Virus record (IMG/VR): IMGVR_UViG_2886837984_000001
Span: 1 to 64,000 of that record
Length of the DNA: 64,000 nt
Reading direction: 5' to 3' (one strand)
DNA from: a virus
Lineage: Duplodnaviria; Heunggongvirae; Uroviricota; Caudoviricetes
The translations under genes were made by a program, and so were the position numbers. Of the stretch, positions 27,920 through 37,631 are shown piece by piece. The stretch's first letter is position 1. Each line of letters starts with the position of its first letter. The notes under the pieces were generated by a model. It was not told the origin of the DNA. It did not search any database and worked only from the letters and a program-made list of their open reading frames with translations.

Positions 27920-28496
27920 TTTTTTGTACTAGCTTATAATCATATGGATTAAAACCGTGTTCTCGAATATACTCGCCTAACAACTTACGATTAACAAAAC
28001 TCAAACGACTTATTTCTTTTACTTCGTCCCACTGTTTAGCGATTGATAATTTTTCATCGTTCGATAAATTAGGATACATTTTATTGATTTTTTCAGTGGC
28101 GTATTTATTTAGCCGCTCGATTTCGCTCTTGTTTTCCGTCATTTCTTTAAAGTCCTCGATTGCAGCTGGCGACACTTCGCGATCACGTTTAAAGCCTTCG
28201 TATTTTCTTACTGACTTGTAACGGTCATCGGCTGGACGTAACGTGTAATAAGTTGTCGTTGCATATTTGTTTAAAATCGTTTCGTTTTGTTCGATGTGAT
28301 TAAGTGTCGGTACAACAAAACAAAATTCTTTTTTATTTCGTCCATAATATACGGCTGTTACTTCATCAACTTTGTTAGACACAAGGATAACGCTTGCTCT
28401 TTGTGTTTCGTGCATATCGTAAGGATATAAAGCATATTCTTTAGACGTTTCTTTAATTTTTGCTTTTTTAAACTCTGTAAATGTCATTCTTCTCAT
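27888..28496 (-). CDS. Hypothetical protein.
   Basis: The start is probably the ATG at 28496, which has AAAGGATGA upstream. Confidence 0.55.
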   Translation of the reverse strand: MRRMTFTEFKKAKIKETSKEYALYPYDMHETQRASVILVSNKVDEVTAVYYGRNKKEFCFVVPTLNHIEQNETILNKYATTTYYTLRPADDRYKSVRKYEGFKRDREVSPAAIEDFKEMTENKSEIERLNKYATEKINKMYPNLSNDEKLSIAKQWDEVKEISRLSFVNRKLLGEYIREHGFNPYDYKLVQKSEASTALQTV

Positions 28497-28527
28497 TTTA
28501 ATCATCCTTTTCGTTTTGATTTTTTGT

Positions 28528-29058
28528 TTAAAACTTTTCGAGCGATCCATGCGCGTTAAAACCCATCATAGTTAAGTGAGCATATTCTAAAACTTTTTCA
28601 TCGTTCCGGGATTCTTCAAAAATGTTATTTAGATGACTTTTAACCGCGAAACGAACCGCCTTTTGAATATCGCTTTCGAGCTCGTTGTAAGTCGTTCCGC
28701 TCTTTTTGGCAAAGTAAGCAGCTAGATAGTGATCTCCGAACGTGTCCCACGCTATTAAGCACTTAAAATCATCTTCTTTGTTGCGATTAATCGTATCGAC
28801 TAGATCGTTTTTATCTTCGTTGTCGAGACGGCTAAAATAATACGTATCTAAAACGATATGCGGTTGGTAACATGGTTTAACGTCATACTGTAAGATGTCC
28901 GTTTTAAAGGTTTTACAAAACGCTTTAATCGCTCGCTCAACGTCCCAACCCTGCCGATCGTTTAGGTGTTTTAAATACTTGTCTCTCGCTTGATTGATTG
29001 CACGTTTTCTAAAACGTCCGTGTAGCTCGTCAATTTCATACAGTGTAATCTGTCTCAT
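28528..29058 (-). CDS. Hypothetical protein.
   Basis: 176-aa ORF. Its ATG overlaps the stop of the upstream small ORF. Confidence 0.6.
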   Translation of the reverse strand: MRQITLYEIDELHGRFRKRAINQARDKYLKHLNDRQGWDVERAIKAFCKTFKTDILQYDVKPCYQPHIVLDTYYFSRLDNEDKNDLVDTINRNKEDDFKCLIAWDTFGDHYLAAYFAKKSGTTYNELESDIQKAVRFAVKSHLNNIFEESRNDEKVLEYAHLTMMGFNAHGSLEKF

Positions 29059-29225
29059 TTTTTTAGATCCTCTTCGTCCAAAACGTAAGTTTCGATAAAA
29101 TATAAATCTTCGTCACACTCAAAACACTGATATGAATAATCCTCTAAATCACTTTTATATACTTGACTGTCACATCTACTGCACAAACGGTTGATACAAT
29201 CTTTTTCAATTACCTTTTCATCCAT
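29055..29225 (-). CDS. Small zinc-ribbon protein, 56 aa, with two CxxC pairs.
   Basis: RBS AAGGGAGCG. MDEKVIEKDCINRLCSRCDSQ...CFECDEDL. It is not in the ORF track. Confidence 0.45.
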   Translation of the reverse strand: MDEKVIEKDCINRLCSRCDSQVYKSDLEDYSYQCFECDEDLYFIETYVLDEEDLKK

Positions 29226-29261
29226 CTTTATTCGCTCCCTTTAAAATATTTATTTTAGCGG

Positions 29262-29528
29262 TCATTTTCTGAAACAATTACTTCTAAAAACATATCCGAT
29301 CAAAAGGCTTTTATCATTCCAGCAAGTTTGATATAAGACTTCTTTGTAAAATTCTGAAGCGTGAAACAATATCCCGTTTCGGCCGTGATACTGCAAGCGA
29401 TCCATAATAAACTTTTTAACGACTTTATCTGAATTGTAAGAAAGATTAGTGTTCTTGTTTTTTAGATCCGTATAGCCGTTAAAAATTTCATCGGCTACAC
29501 GGTCAATTTTTCTAGTTCTCATGTTCAC
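29262..29528 (-). CDS. Hypothetical protein.
   Basis: 88-aa ORF. Confidence 0.5.
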   Translation of the reverse strand: MNMRTRKIDRVADEIFNGYTDLKNKNTNLSYNSDKVVKKFIMDRLQYHGRNGILFHASEFYKEVLYQTCWNDKSLLIGYVFRSNCFRK

Positions 29529-29890
29529 ATATCCTTTCTTTTTGCTAACGTTTCTTTTAATTCGCTCGCTAGTTCCGGTTTGAAAAACTCAACGGCCTCT
29601 ATAAAGTAATGCAGCCGCGATTCATAATATTTAGCGTTTCCAATGTCTCCGTATTTTTCAAACGTCTCTTTAAACTGCATATAGCCGTTAAACTCTTCTT
29701 TAATTTGATCGTCCGTTAAAACGATTTCGCGTTCATAATTTTCCGCTGGCGCGTCGCTTTCATAGTCCCTAACACCGAAAGCCTTCCTAATGATTGCAAT
29801 TTGAGTCATAACTCTAATACTTTCTTCGCGAGACGTTAACGTTTTAAAATCAAGCTCTTTAACCTTGTTTAGTAATGTAACGTTGTTCAT
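29525..29890 (-). CDS. Hypothetical protein.
   Basis: 121-aa ORF, coupled to its neighbour. Confidence 0.55.
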   Translation of the reverse strand: MNNVTLLNKVKELDFKTLTSREESIRVMTQIAIIRKAFGVRDYESDAPAENYEREIVLTDDQIKEEFNGYMQFKETFEKYGDIGNAKYYESRLHYFIEAVEFFKPELASELKETLAKRKDM

Positions 29891-29908
29891 TTGTTTACCT
29901 TCTCTCTT

Positions 29909-30340
29909 TTAATACTCTTCTTCTAACACTGATTTAATAGCGAGCTCCAAACCCTTTTTAAGATTCGGCCGCTCGTTAACGCTTGTCATTGATAAGTCTA
30001 GCGCTTGCAACGTGTCGCTTAAATCGTAAGTATAACTGTATTCATGATTTCCTAGTTCATAGCGAAACATCTCTAAAATGAAACCCTCTCCGGTTTGATC
30101 GGATTCAATAGCTGCCTTTAATTCTTGTTCCTGTCGCTCGAACATATTATCAAAATCCATTAAGCTATCTTTTTTAATAAATCCTCCATTGCCAATATCC
30201 AAAACCATGTTAGTTTGATCTTTTTCAAGTTCTAACTTTTTCATACCTTCGTCAAACTGTTTGTTTGAAAATGCGAACATGATAGGAAAGTCATTTAATT
30301 GTTTTTGGTGTCTATCCTTCATTTGCTTATAAGCGTTCAT
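29909..30340 (-). CDS. Hypothetical protein.
   Basis: 143-aa ORF. Confidence 0.55.
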   Translation of the reverse strand: MNAYKQMKDRHQKQLNDFPIMFAFSNKQFDEGMKKLELEKDQTNMVLDIGNGGFIKKDSLMDFDNMFERQEQELKAAIESDQTGEGFILEMFRYELGNHEYSYTYDLSDTLQALDLSMTSVNERPNLKKGLELAIKSVLEEEY

Positions 30341-30366
30341 TTTTGAAACCTCCTATATTTTTTTAT

Positions 30367-31104
30367 TTAAAAGAAAATTTTCATATTTTGCGATCCGGTT
30401 TTTTGCTTGTTCTGTTTCGCTTCATAACGATCAACCGTTTCCCATCGATACGTATTCATATTGTTGTATTCGATTGTGATAGCGTTGTCCATGTCGTCGC
30501 CATCTTCTTTTGTCATACGTGACCGCCATACTTTTTTGTATTTAGATTCATAAATGAGTTCGCACGTTTGACACTCTCCGATTGATTCTGTTAGTGTCTC
30601 AACCTCTTCTAAGCGTCGATCAATTTCAATGTATGGCCGGCCGTCTTCTGCTTTAGTTTCGGCCATGTAGTCGTGAATTTCGTTTAATAGCAGCGCTTTT
30701 AATTCTTCTTCGTTTTGGCCGAACAAGGTTTCTAACGTCCATGCTTTCCGGCCTTTTGGCGCTTCGCTCTTAAACTCTCGTTCTGTTACCTTTACATGGT
30801 AGCGCGTTTCTAACCCTGCATACACATAGCTTTCGGCACTCAATGAAAAGTATCGTGTTTTACCGTCAATCTGTTTAATAACGGTGCGCTCGTTGCTGTT
30901 ATGCGAATCAGTGAGCAGCGAGAACGTTTTAAACGCTTCGGCCTTTTCATGATCGGTATTGCTTGCCGTTGTCGTGCGAGCCGTTTCCCTAACCGTTTCA
31001 ATGGCCGTTAAAAGCTCGCTTTTATTCATTCTCGATCTACCTGCAATGTTCAATTCTTTCGCGAGTGAGTAAAGTTCTTTTTGTGTTTTGTCAGTGATGT
31101 TCAT
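30367..31104 (-). CDS. Hypothetical protein with an N-terminal SAP/Rho-N-like helix pair.
   Basis: ELYSLAKELNIAGRSRMNKSELLTAI motif. Confidence 0.55.
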   Translation of the reverse strand: MNITDKTQKELYSLAKELNIAGRSRMNKSELLTAIETVRETARTTTASNTDHEKAEAFKTFSLLTDSHNSNERTVIKQIDGKTRYFSLSAESYVYAGLETRYHVKVTEREFKSEAPKGRKAWTLETLFGQNEEELKALLLNEIHDYMAETKAEDGRPYIEIDRRLEEVETLTESIGECQTCELIYESKYKKVWRSRMTKEDGDDMDNAITIEYNNMNTYRWETVDRYEAKQNKQKTGSQNMKIFF

Positions 31105-31125
31105 TTTGGTTAGCTCCCTTATGAT

Positions 31126-31299
31126 TAGTATTTTTTGATTACAGTAACAGTGTTTTCGTTCCCGTTATATGACTCAATTTCAAGCGGCGAAACAATGATA
31201 CTTTTAAACGTATCGGCCGATGGTGCGATACTTACGTCAATCTTTCGGCCGTTGATCCATTCGCTATACTGTTCGCGGTTTGAAAAGTAAACTAGCATG
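31126..31299 (-). CDS. Hypothetical small protein, 57 aa.
   Basis: RBS AACGGAGGTAAAAC. It is not in the ORF track. Confidence 0.45.
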
Positions 31300-31363
31300 A
31301 TGTTTTACCTCCGTTAAAATGATGTTTTTACTTGCTGTTTCTTAACTACCTTTAGTTTAACAT

Positions 31364-31383
31364 AAGCGTACATTGTACGCAAG
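31364..31383 (-). promoter_or_regulatory. Promoter with an embedded palindrome, AAGCGTACATTGTACGCAAG on the plus strand. On the minus strand it reads TTGCGT, 17 nt, then TAAACT.
   Basis: It is one of four near-identical boxes. Confidence 0.5.
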
Positions 31384-31413
31384 ACTTTAAATAAAAGTTT
31401 TTATTTTTTTATT

Positions 31414-31521
31414 TAGATGATGATAAACCCTTGTACGATCCACTGGATGACGATGATTGCAAAACCTGCAACGGCCATACCGGACAAGATCAAATAGTTT
31501 ACGTTGTCTCTCTTTTCCATG
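31414..31521 (-). CDS. Small membrane peptide, 35 aa.
   Basis: RBS TTGGAGGTATGAGAC. The sequence YLILSGMAVAGFAIIVIQWIVQGFIII is hydrophobic. Confidence 0.4.
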
Positions 31522-31636
31522 TCTCATACCTCCAATTACAAGCCTAAACGCTTGTTTAGTTTTTGTACGGCCATTTGGTTGTAATCGTCAACCTGGTTTG
31601 TTACACGTTTACGCTTGAATAGTGCGAGTAGCTTTT

Positions 31637-31876
31637 TCATGATGCGGCCTCGCTTTCCGTTTTATGATCGACAGTGTAAAGATATTCAAAATGTGCAAAA
31701 ACTTTTGAATCGTCACTATTTAAGGCCGTTGCAATATAAATGTGTTCGTAACGATAATTAAGCATATTCATAGACACCGCTCGTTTGTCGAGCTCGTTCT
31801 GCAAGACTACACTATCGACGATATTTAAAGATTTGGCATTTGACACGTTACTATAAACACTATATTTGCGATTCAT
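31637..31876 (-). CDS. Hypothetical protein.
   Basis: 79-aa ORF with AGGGAGGATTTTAAATG upstream. Confidence 0.5.
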   Translation of the reverse strand: MNRKYSVYSNVSNAKSLNIVDSVVLQNELDKRAVSMNMLNYRYEHIYIATALNSDDSKVFAHFEYLYTVDHKTESEAAS

Positions 31877-31938
31877 TTAAAATCCTCCCTTACAAGCGTT
31901 GTGCTCGTGTGTTTGTCGATCTATTAATAATATACAAT

Positions 31939-31958
31939 AAGCGTACATTGTACGCAAG
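31939..31958 (-). promoter_or_regulatory. Promoter with an embedded palindrome, AAGCGTACATTGTACGCAAG. On the minus strand it reads TTGCGT, 17 nt, then TATATT.
   Basis: It is one of four near-identical boxes. It lies 60 nt upstream of the 31876 gene start. Confidence 0.55.
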
Positions 31959-32379
31959 TGTTTTTTAAAATTAATTCTTTTTTATTTCGTTATGACGGGT
32001 TTCTTCTATTAAATAGCGTTTAAAATATACGGTGCTAAATCGGCCATTCGGATTATATACGGACGTGATTGATCCGTTTGGATGGTTTGGCCGTGTTTAA
32101 ATACGATCTATCTTTTTAATACGGCCAAAACATAACGAGCGCTAGCGAGCGATCTAATAGATCGTGATAGGGTAGTCCGTCCTGCTGCATGATCGGCCGT
32201 TGATCGGCCTAGCGATCTATCTTTCTTCCTGGCGTTCGATCCGTCCGGCCTTCGCTGGCGACGCGATCCGCCGCGAGCTCGCAGAGCTCCGCTCCTCGTG
32301 TCGGCGTCGTCAACCTAATAAGGGCGATGCAGACGTTTGTCCAAAAACCGTATAACAGCAAAGTCTTATATAAACCCTG

Positions 32380-32580
32380 TTATTTGTGAGTTTTGCGCGG
32401 TGTAATTTGATCCTTCAGACAATCGATAGTTGTCGTCTTCCAGAGTGGGCGGCCTTTATACGTATATGCGTCGGGCTCCGGCATATTATTTTGTGTGACA
32501 CGGTTCGAGATGGTGCTCCGCGAGATCTCTAGATAATCTGCAACTTCAGTGGTCGTTAAAAGAACTGTTTTATGGGTCAT
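32380..32580 (-). CDS. HTH DNA-binding protein of the excisionase or MerR-like HTH_17 type.
   Basis: The start is probably the ATG at 32580, which has CAAGGAGGCG upstream. HTH motif TTTEVADYLEISRSTISNRV. Confidence 0.6.
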   Translation of the reverse strand: MTHKTVLLTTTEVADYLEISRSTISNRVTQNNMPEPDAYTYKGRPLWKTTTIDCLKDQITPRKTHK

Positions 32581-32622
32581 AATTGACGCCTCCTTGAGTG
32601 GTTTGTAACTAAATAGTAACAC

Positions 32623-32642
32623 AAGCGTACATCATACGCAAG
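32623..32642 (-). promoter_or_regulatory. Degenerate copy of the palindromic promoter box, AAGCGTACATCATACGCAAG. On the minus strand it reads TTGCGT, 17 nt, then TACTAT.
   Basis: It lies upstream of the HTH gene. Confidence 0.45.
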
Positions 32643-32762
32643 CTAATTACAAAAATATTTTTATAAGGGTTTTACAGTCTCTTGTACAAAAACCGTATAA
32701 CAGAAACTCATATAAAAAACCCCGCCGAATTGAGCGAGGTCTGATGTATAACGATGTATGAT

Positions 32763-33143
32763 TTACTGTCCGTATCCGTTAATGAAGCGATCCAGGCTCG
32801 TCATCTCGTTGTATTTCTTAATCCGATATTCGATCAACCGGTTCACGAAGTTAGAGAACAACTTGGCCTTCTTTTTGAATTCATTGTGGTCGTTCGGAGA
32901 GACTTTTTTCATATTCACTTGCGTCCGTACCCACTCGGTGATCGTGAGAAGGCGGTCAACTGCGTACAGGTCAAACTCTTGATTGCTGGCAACGGCTTCT
33001 ACGACGACATCGAGAGAACGAATGGATTCAACTAAACTCATAACTTCTTTCTCTGTCAGGCCGTTCACGTCTTGTTGTCCAAACTGCTCTTTGATGTACT
33101 TGGCTGCGTATAGGGTGTCGGTTGTCATCAACATTGTTCTCAC
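32763..33143 (-). CDS. Hypothetical protein.
   Basis: 126-aa ORF. Confidence 0.55.
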   Translation of the reverse strand: MRTMLMTTDTLYAAKYIKEQFGQQDVNGLTEKEVMSLVESIRSLDVVVEAVASNQEFDLYAVDRLLTITEWVRTQVNMKKVSPNDHNEFKKKAKLFSNFVNRLIEYRIKKYNEMTSLDRFINGYGQ

Positions 33144-33240
33144 TTCCTTTTCAAATATTTTTTAAATACTTTTGTAATTGATTACTTCTGACCTAAATAT
33201 AACATCTTATGAACCCCAAATCAACCCCAAAATACTCGAA

Positions 33241-33816
33241 TTATAGGATTTTTTCAAACCCTTTTTCCGATTTCAGGTAAATGTTTTGTGAATTAGTAGA
33301 AATATAGATTTTTTCCAAGCTTTCGACCTTGCTTAGTACGGCGTCATACTGCTCGCTCGTCATCATCTGCATGATATCGATGATGTTTGATTTTCTATAT
33401 CCATCTTGATAGTGCTCGACCGTTTCCTTTCGCCAATACCTGCGCTTCGTATCGTAAAACTCGTATGCCGGGAATTTTTCCGAATCAACCAAGCGATTGA
33501 ACTGAGACGGGGAATTGTCTGTAAATTTGGCGGCCTCACTAGCAGACATGATCTCGAAGTCTCGAGAAGGGGCGTTCAGATCGATCACAACGTCCTCTCT
33601 TACATAGGATTTAGGTATCTGAGGATAGAGCGTGTCGTAACCCATCTCCTTTATGAACTTAGCCCATGTGCGAGGGGTCATATACCCCTGCTCAATGCCA
33701 TGATCGTCTAACCATTCGCTCAATTTCTCCTTTTTGAACAAGCAAGTTCTAAAGCGGAGGTCTTCGTCTACAAAACAATAGATGCGATTTTGATAGTTAA
33801 CTAGGTTCATCTTCAT
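33241..33816 (-). CDS. Hypothetical protein.
   Basis: 191-aa ORF. It is the first gene of the leftward block. Confidence 0.6.
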   Translation of the reverse strand: MKMNLVNYQNRIYCFVDEDLRFRTCLFKKEKLSEWLDDHGIEQGYMTPRTWAKFIKEMGYDTLYPQIPKSYVREDVVIDLNAPSRDFEIMSASEAAKFTDNSPSQFNRLVDSEKFPAYEFYDTKRRYWRKETVEHYQDGYRKSNIIDIMQMMTSEQYDAVLSKVESLEKIYISTNSQNIYLKSEKGFEKIL

Positions 33817-34143
33817 GGTGTTACCTCGCTTTCTAAATCAAAAAGTAGCGGTTGTTTAATTTATATGTTCCACGGGAACATAATTTGAAACATTATTTTT
33901 TTAATATGCTCACATTTCTTATATATTCTGTGATAGAGTAGAGTTATAGAACGTAGTATAATAATACTATAATGTATTAATACATTAACTTTATACCCCT
34001 ATGGGTAAAAAAGTATGTCTGTCCCAACGATTTTTTCATTTCCCAAGTTTTTAAGTTTGCTAAAGTGTACAGGTTTTGTGTAAGTTTTTATCAGATAGTT
34101 TATACAAATTATTCCTAAATCAAAAAAATAATACAATTAAGAG

Positions 34144-35370
34144 GTGGAGACGATGGTGAACGAAGATCTAACCCCGCAACGTTTAGCAGAAGTATTGCAA
34201 GATTTTCTGTACGAAAACCGTTATGATCATGATTTATTTAATGATTTACAAAAGAATTTGAAAAAACATGAAATATTTTCTAAAGATATTACAGATATTA
34301 TGAATAAAAGAACAGATTTCAAAGATATTCCTGCCACCGAGCTCGTGTTGTTTGCGCGGATTGTGTACGGCCGCTTTCCCGACTTCGAGATCATCAATCC
34401 GCAACGCTATTTCAAGCCAGGAGAGATCAAGGCGGCGCAATATTATACCCGCAACAATCGTCCTGAGTATATCAAACTTCCTTTGACAGTGAACAACGCA
34501 TTAAGCGTCCAGTACGACGAGTATATCGCCATCATGTCGGCCAAACAGCTCGTCAAGATGTTGGATAGCAGCATTGTCACCTACAACTTCGACTCACAGC
34601 GCGACGCGAAGAGCATGGTGGACACGAACGGAAGAATCGTGAGAGCGATCAACGTCAACCAAAAGTCGGTCATCGAGATCGCGCAACTGATGTTGAACGG
34701 AGAATATCTCCCCGATATGCTGACATTTAATATGTTGTTAGGTTCTAATGACGAAAGAGAAGAGTTTTCCTCTAAAGGAAACAGTATTGTCGTCAACGAA
34801 GGGACTCAGCTCGACATCTTGGACGGATTCCATCGTCTGTCTGCCATGCAGCAAGCGGTCGAAGCGAATCCAGAATTCGACTTAAACTTCCCTGTCGCCT
34901 TTAAAAACTTTGATATCCAAAAAGCGAAGCGCTATGTCGGTCAAACGAACACGTTTAACGTCATGCCTAAGGCGTATGTCGAGCAACTGAGAGCCAAAGA
35001 CCACTACGCATACATCGTCAACGAGCTCATCAACAACAGCGACCTGAAGGGGCGTGTGGGGTATCAGCGACGCCCAATCTTCGACAACGGAGAGATCACT
35101 ACGTTCGACCGTCTAAAGAATGCCATTCAGAAACAGTATAACGTCAAGATGAAACGAGAAGCGATGGGTGTGGTGGAGACACTTGTCCCGTTGTTCGATG
35201 AATTGATTTTCCTATACCTATCAGAGAAACCTGATCCACATGAAACATTGTTTGCTACGGTCGACGGGATAGATCGATTGTTAAATAAATATAAAAAGAT
35301 TGATAAAGATATAAAACGTGTCGATTTAGATTTCTTATTAGCCACAACAGAAAAAGGACAATTATTATGA
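34144..35370 (+). CDS. ParB/Srx-fold (ParB N-terminal domain-like) nuclease-domain protein.
   Basis: The LDILDGFHRLSAM motif is of the DGxHR type. 408 aa. RBS AAGAGGTGGAG. Confidence 0.5.
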   Translation: METMVNEDLTPQRLAEVLQDFLYENRYDHDLFNDLQKNLKKHEIFSKDITDIMNKRTDFKDIPATELVLFARIVYGRFPDFEIINPQRYFKPGEIKAAQYYTRNNRPEYIKLPLTVNNALSVQYDEYIAIMSAKQLVKMLDSSIVTYNFDSQRDAKSMVDTNGRIVRAINVNQKSVIEIAQLMLNGEYLPDMLTFNMLLGSNDEREEFSSKGNSIVVNEGTQLDILDGFHRLSAMQQAVEANPEFDLNFPVAFKNFDIQKAKRYVGQTNTFNVMPKAYVEQLRAKDHYAYIVNELINNSDLKGRVGYQRRPIFDNGEITTFDRLKNAIQKQYNVKMKREAMGVVETLVPLFDELIFLYLSEKPDPHETLFATVDGIDRLLNKYKKIDKDIKRVDLDFLLATTEKGQLL

Positions 35371-36431
35371 CAAACTTAGAGAATTTTGAAACCAATAAGC
35401 AAAAATTATTAGATGATGACCTATTTTATAATGCAGAATATAAATTAGATTTCTTAGACAAACATAAAACCAAAACACAGGATTTTAATTTTTACTATCG
35501 ATTATTTATCAACGTAAAAGAAAAAGAAGAAAGCCTTGGTCGTGATATGTACGACTTCTCTCGTCGTGATATCGAGGATGTCGTGTCGGGGATGCACCCG
35601 TCGACCTCTTCTGCTGCCGCCAAAATCATCGCAATGATCAAGCGATACCTGACTCACGCGGCACAAGACGGCGAAAAGAGTTCAAATATCGTTCACCAGG
35701 TAGGCAAATTGACAGATATGGCGAATAGTTTTCTTCCTAGTAATCCGAAATTCTATGTGTCAGAAGCAGAATTACAATTATTAGAAGATAGCTGTATGAA
35801 TCCGCAGGACGCATTTATCTTCCGGGCGATCTTCGAAGGGGTTTTGGGGGCTGAGATGACCGAGCTACGCAACCTAAAGATGAGCGATATCGATATCCAT
35901 CAAAATTTAGTCTCAATCAATATAGCTGATTACAACAAGAACCGGACAATCCGAGTGACAGAGCGATTTATTGATATGGCCGTAAAAGCATATGAACAGA
36001 AAGTATATATATTAAATAATGGCGAAGACGTCAGCGAGAACTTCATGCGCGCAAACACAGAATACGAGTTAGAAGATTCGGGATACATTATGAAGAAGTC
36101 GCATATTGGACGTATGATCAAGGATGCTCCGATTACGACGCCGACGCTATACAAACGATTTAATAACATCAAGGCGTTTCAATCATTCGAGACGATCGAT
36201 AAATATTACTTGAAATTCAACAACATTTATAAGAGCGGTGCGATCTGGTATGGGGCTCGTTATATAGAAGAAAAGCAGATAGCAATCAAGAAACTGACGG
36301 ACGATCATATGAAAGAGGTGGCTCGCCACGTCAAGAACGTCTATCAAGATCTCCCGGTAGATATCAAGAAGATCGTGAACGTTGAGAATATCGAAGAGTT
36401 ATATGTGGAAAAAGGGAAGATTATTTCGTAA
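35367..36431 (+). CDS. Hypothetical protein.
   Basis: 354-aa ORF, coupled to its neighbour. A weak tyrosine-recombinase-like box (LGAEMTELRNLKMSDID) lacks the catalytic Arg, so no product call is made. Confidence 0.55.
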   Translation: MTNLENFETNKQKLLDDDLFYNAEYKLDFLDKHKTKTQDFNFYYRLFINVKEKEESLGRDMYDFSRRDIEDVVSGMHPSTSSAAAKIIAMIKRYLTHAAQDGEKSSNIVHQVGKLTDMANSFLPSNPKFYVSEAELQLLEDSCMNPQDAFIFRAIFEGVLGAEMTELRNLKMSDIDIHQNLVSINIADYNKNRTIRVTERFIDMAVKAYEQKVYILNNGEDVSENFMRANTEYELEDSGYIMKKSHIGRMIKDAPITTPTLYKRFNNIKAFQSFETIDKYYLKFNNIYKSGAIWYGARYIEEKQIAIKKLTDDHMKEVARHVKNVYQDLPVDIKKIVNVENIEELYVEKGKIIS

Positions 36432-36541
36432 GAGGGGAGCAATCCTCTCTTTTTAATTTATTTTAAGCCAGATGCTTGACGTACTAAATCAAAAAGTATA
36501 GTATAGAGAATGTAAGAACAATACATAACACGAAGGAGTGA

Positions 36542-37531
36542 GTGATGGTGGCATTTCAACCAACTCGAGGATTAGTAAAACTTAAAGGGCAGATCACGCG
36601 AATGAACGAACGTTCGGTAAAGGACGATTTCGACAACGAGCGCTGCAAAAAGATCAGCTTTGCACTGAAGACCAGTGAGGTGAACGAAGTTCCTGTTCAA
36701 ATCTTCGGTTATAAGAACGACAAAGTATATTACTCAGAGAAGTCACCAAAAGGTGAGAAGAGCAAGATCGTATCCGTGGATTGGGCAGACCGTTACGAAG
36801 CACCTTCAGAGGGCGCTCAGTTGATCGGTACGCACATCAAGGCAGAAGGTCAAGAAGAAATCACGATCCTGACTTCATACGAAGCAATCGACAAGGTGTA
36901 TGAGAGTTTCAAAAACGGCGATTGGGTGTTCATCCAGGGGTCGACATCTCCTAACTCTTACGAGAGCAACGGTGAGACACGCACGACGATGAACATCGAG
37001 ATCGACAAGATCTACGCCTCTAAAGAAGACAAGTCGTTCGGAGACGAAGGATACGAAGAGATGGCTACGTTCAAACAAAAGGGTGTCTTCCTTGGCGCTG
37101 AGAAAGTGAAGAACGAAGAAACGAAAGAGACTGAAGTTCATGTAGACCTTCGCATCATCCAAGATAAAGAAGGTAAATTTACAGACTTTACATATGTGGT
37201 TCCGGCCAAGACAGACTCGAGCAAAAAACTCGCCAACGGTCTATTGAAAAAAGTAAAAGCATACGACGAAGTCGTGCTCATGGGTTACGTTCGCAACGAG
37301 GCGATCGTTGAAGAGGTCGAGCTCGACGAAGAAGATGATTGGGGCGGAGAGACGGTAGCAGGATTCGGTACAGCCGTCACATCATACCGTCGTGTATATG
37401 AGGTCGTCGGTTTCGATACGGCTTACTGGAAAGAGAACAAAGAGAAATACAAAGAGTCGGACTTCGAGCCAGACGATTTTGACAGCAGCGATGCGATCGA
37501 TTTCGGTGACGATGATGACGACGATTTCTAA
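36542..37531 (+). CDS. Putative single-stranded DNA-binding protein with an acidic C-terminal tail ending DDDDDDF.
   Basis: Tail DFGDDDDDDF resembles the SSB tip DDDIPF. It sits in the replication module upstream of the recombination ATPase. Confidence 0.5.
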   Translation: MMVAFQPTRGLVKLKGQITRMNERSVKDDFDNERCKKISFALKTSEVNEVPVQIFGYKNDKVYYSEKSPKGEKSKIVSVDWADRYEAPSEGAQLIGTHIKAEGQEEITILTSYEAIDKVYESFKNGDWVFIQGSTSPNSYESNGETRTTMNIEIDKIYASKEDKSFGDEGYEEMATFKQKGVFLGAEKVKNEETKETEVHVDLRIIQDKEGKFTDFTYVVPAKTDSSKKLANGLLKKVKAYDEVVLMGYVRNEAIVEEVELDEEDDWGGETVAGFGTAVTSYRRVYEVVGFDTAYWKENKEKYKESDFEPDDFDSSDAIDFGDDDDDDF

Positions 37532-37631
37532 GAAGAAATCGAATTAAAAAAGTAATACATAAAAAACGCCGGAAAGCGTTTATCGACAGAGGACACATCA
37601 ACATTTTCATTTTAAAGAAAATGGTGATTAC

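Noticed and set aside
33855-33875. A LexA/Cheo box at ATGTTCCACGGGAACAT
   Set aside because: It is a perfect palindrome, but the half-site order is GTTCC...GGAAC rather than GAAC-N4-GTTC. It is not called as an SOS box. It may still be an operator.
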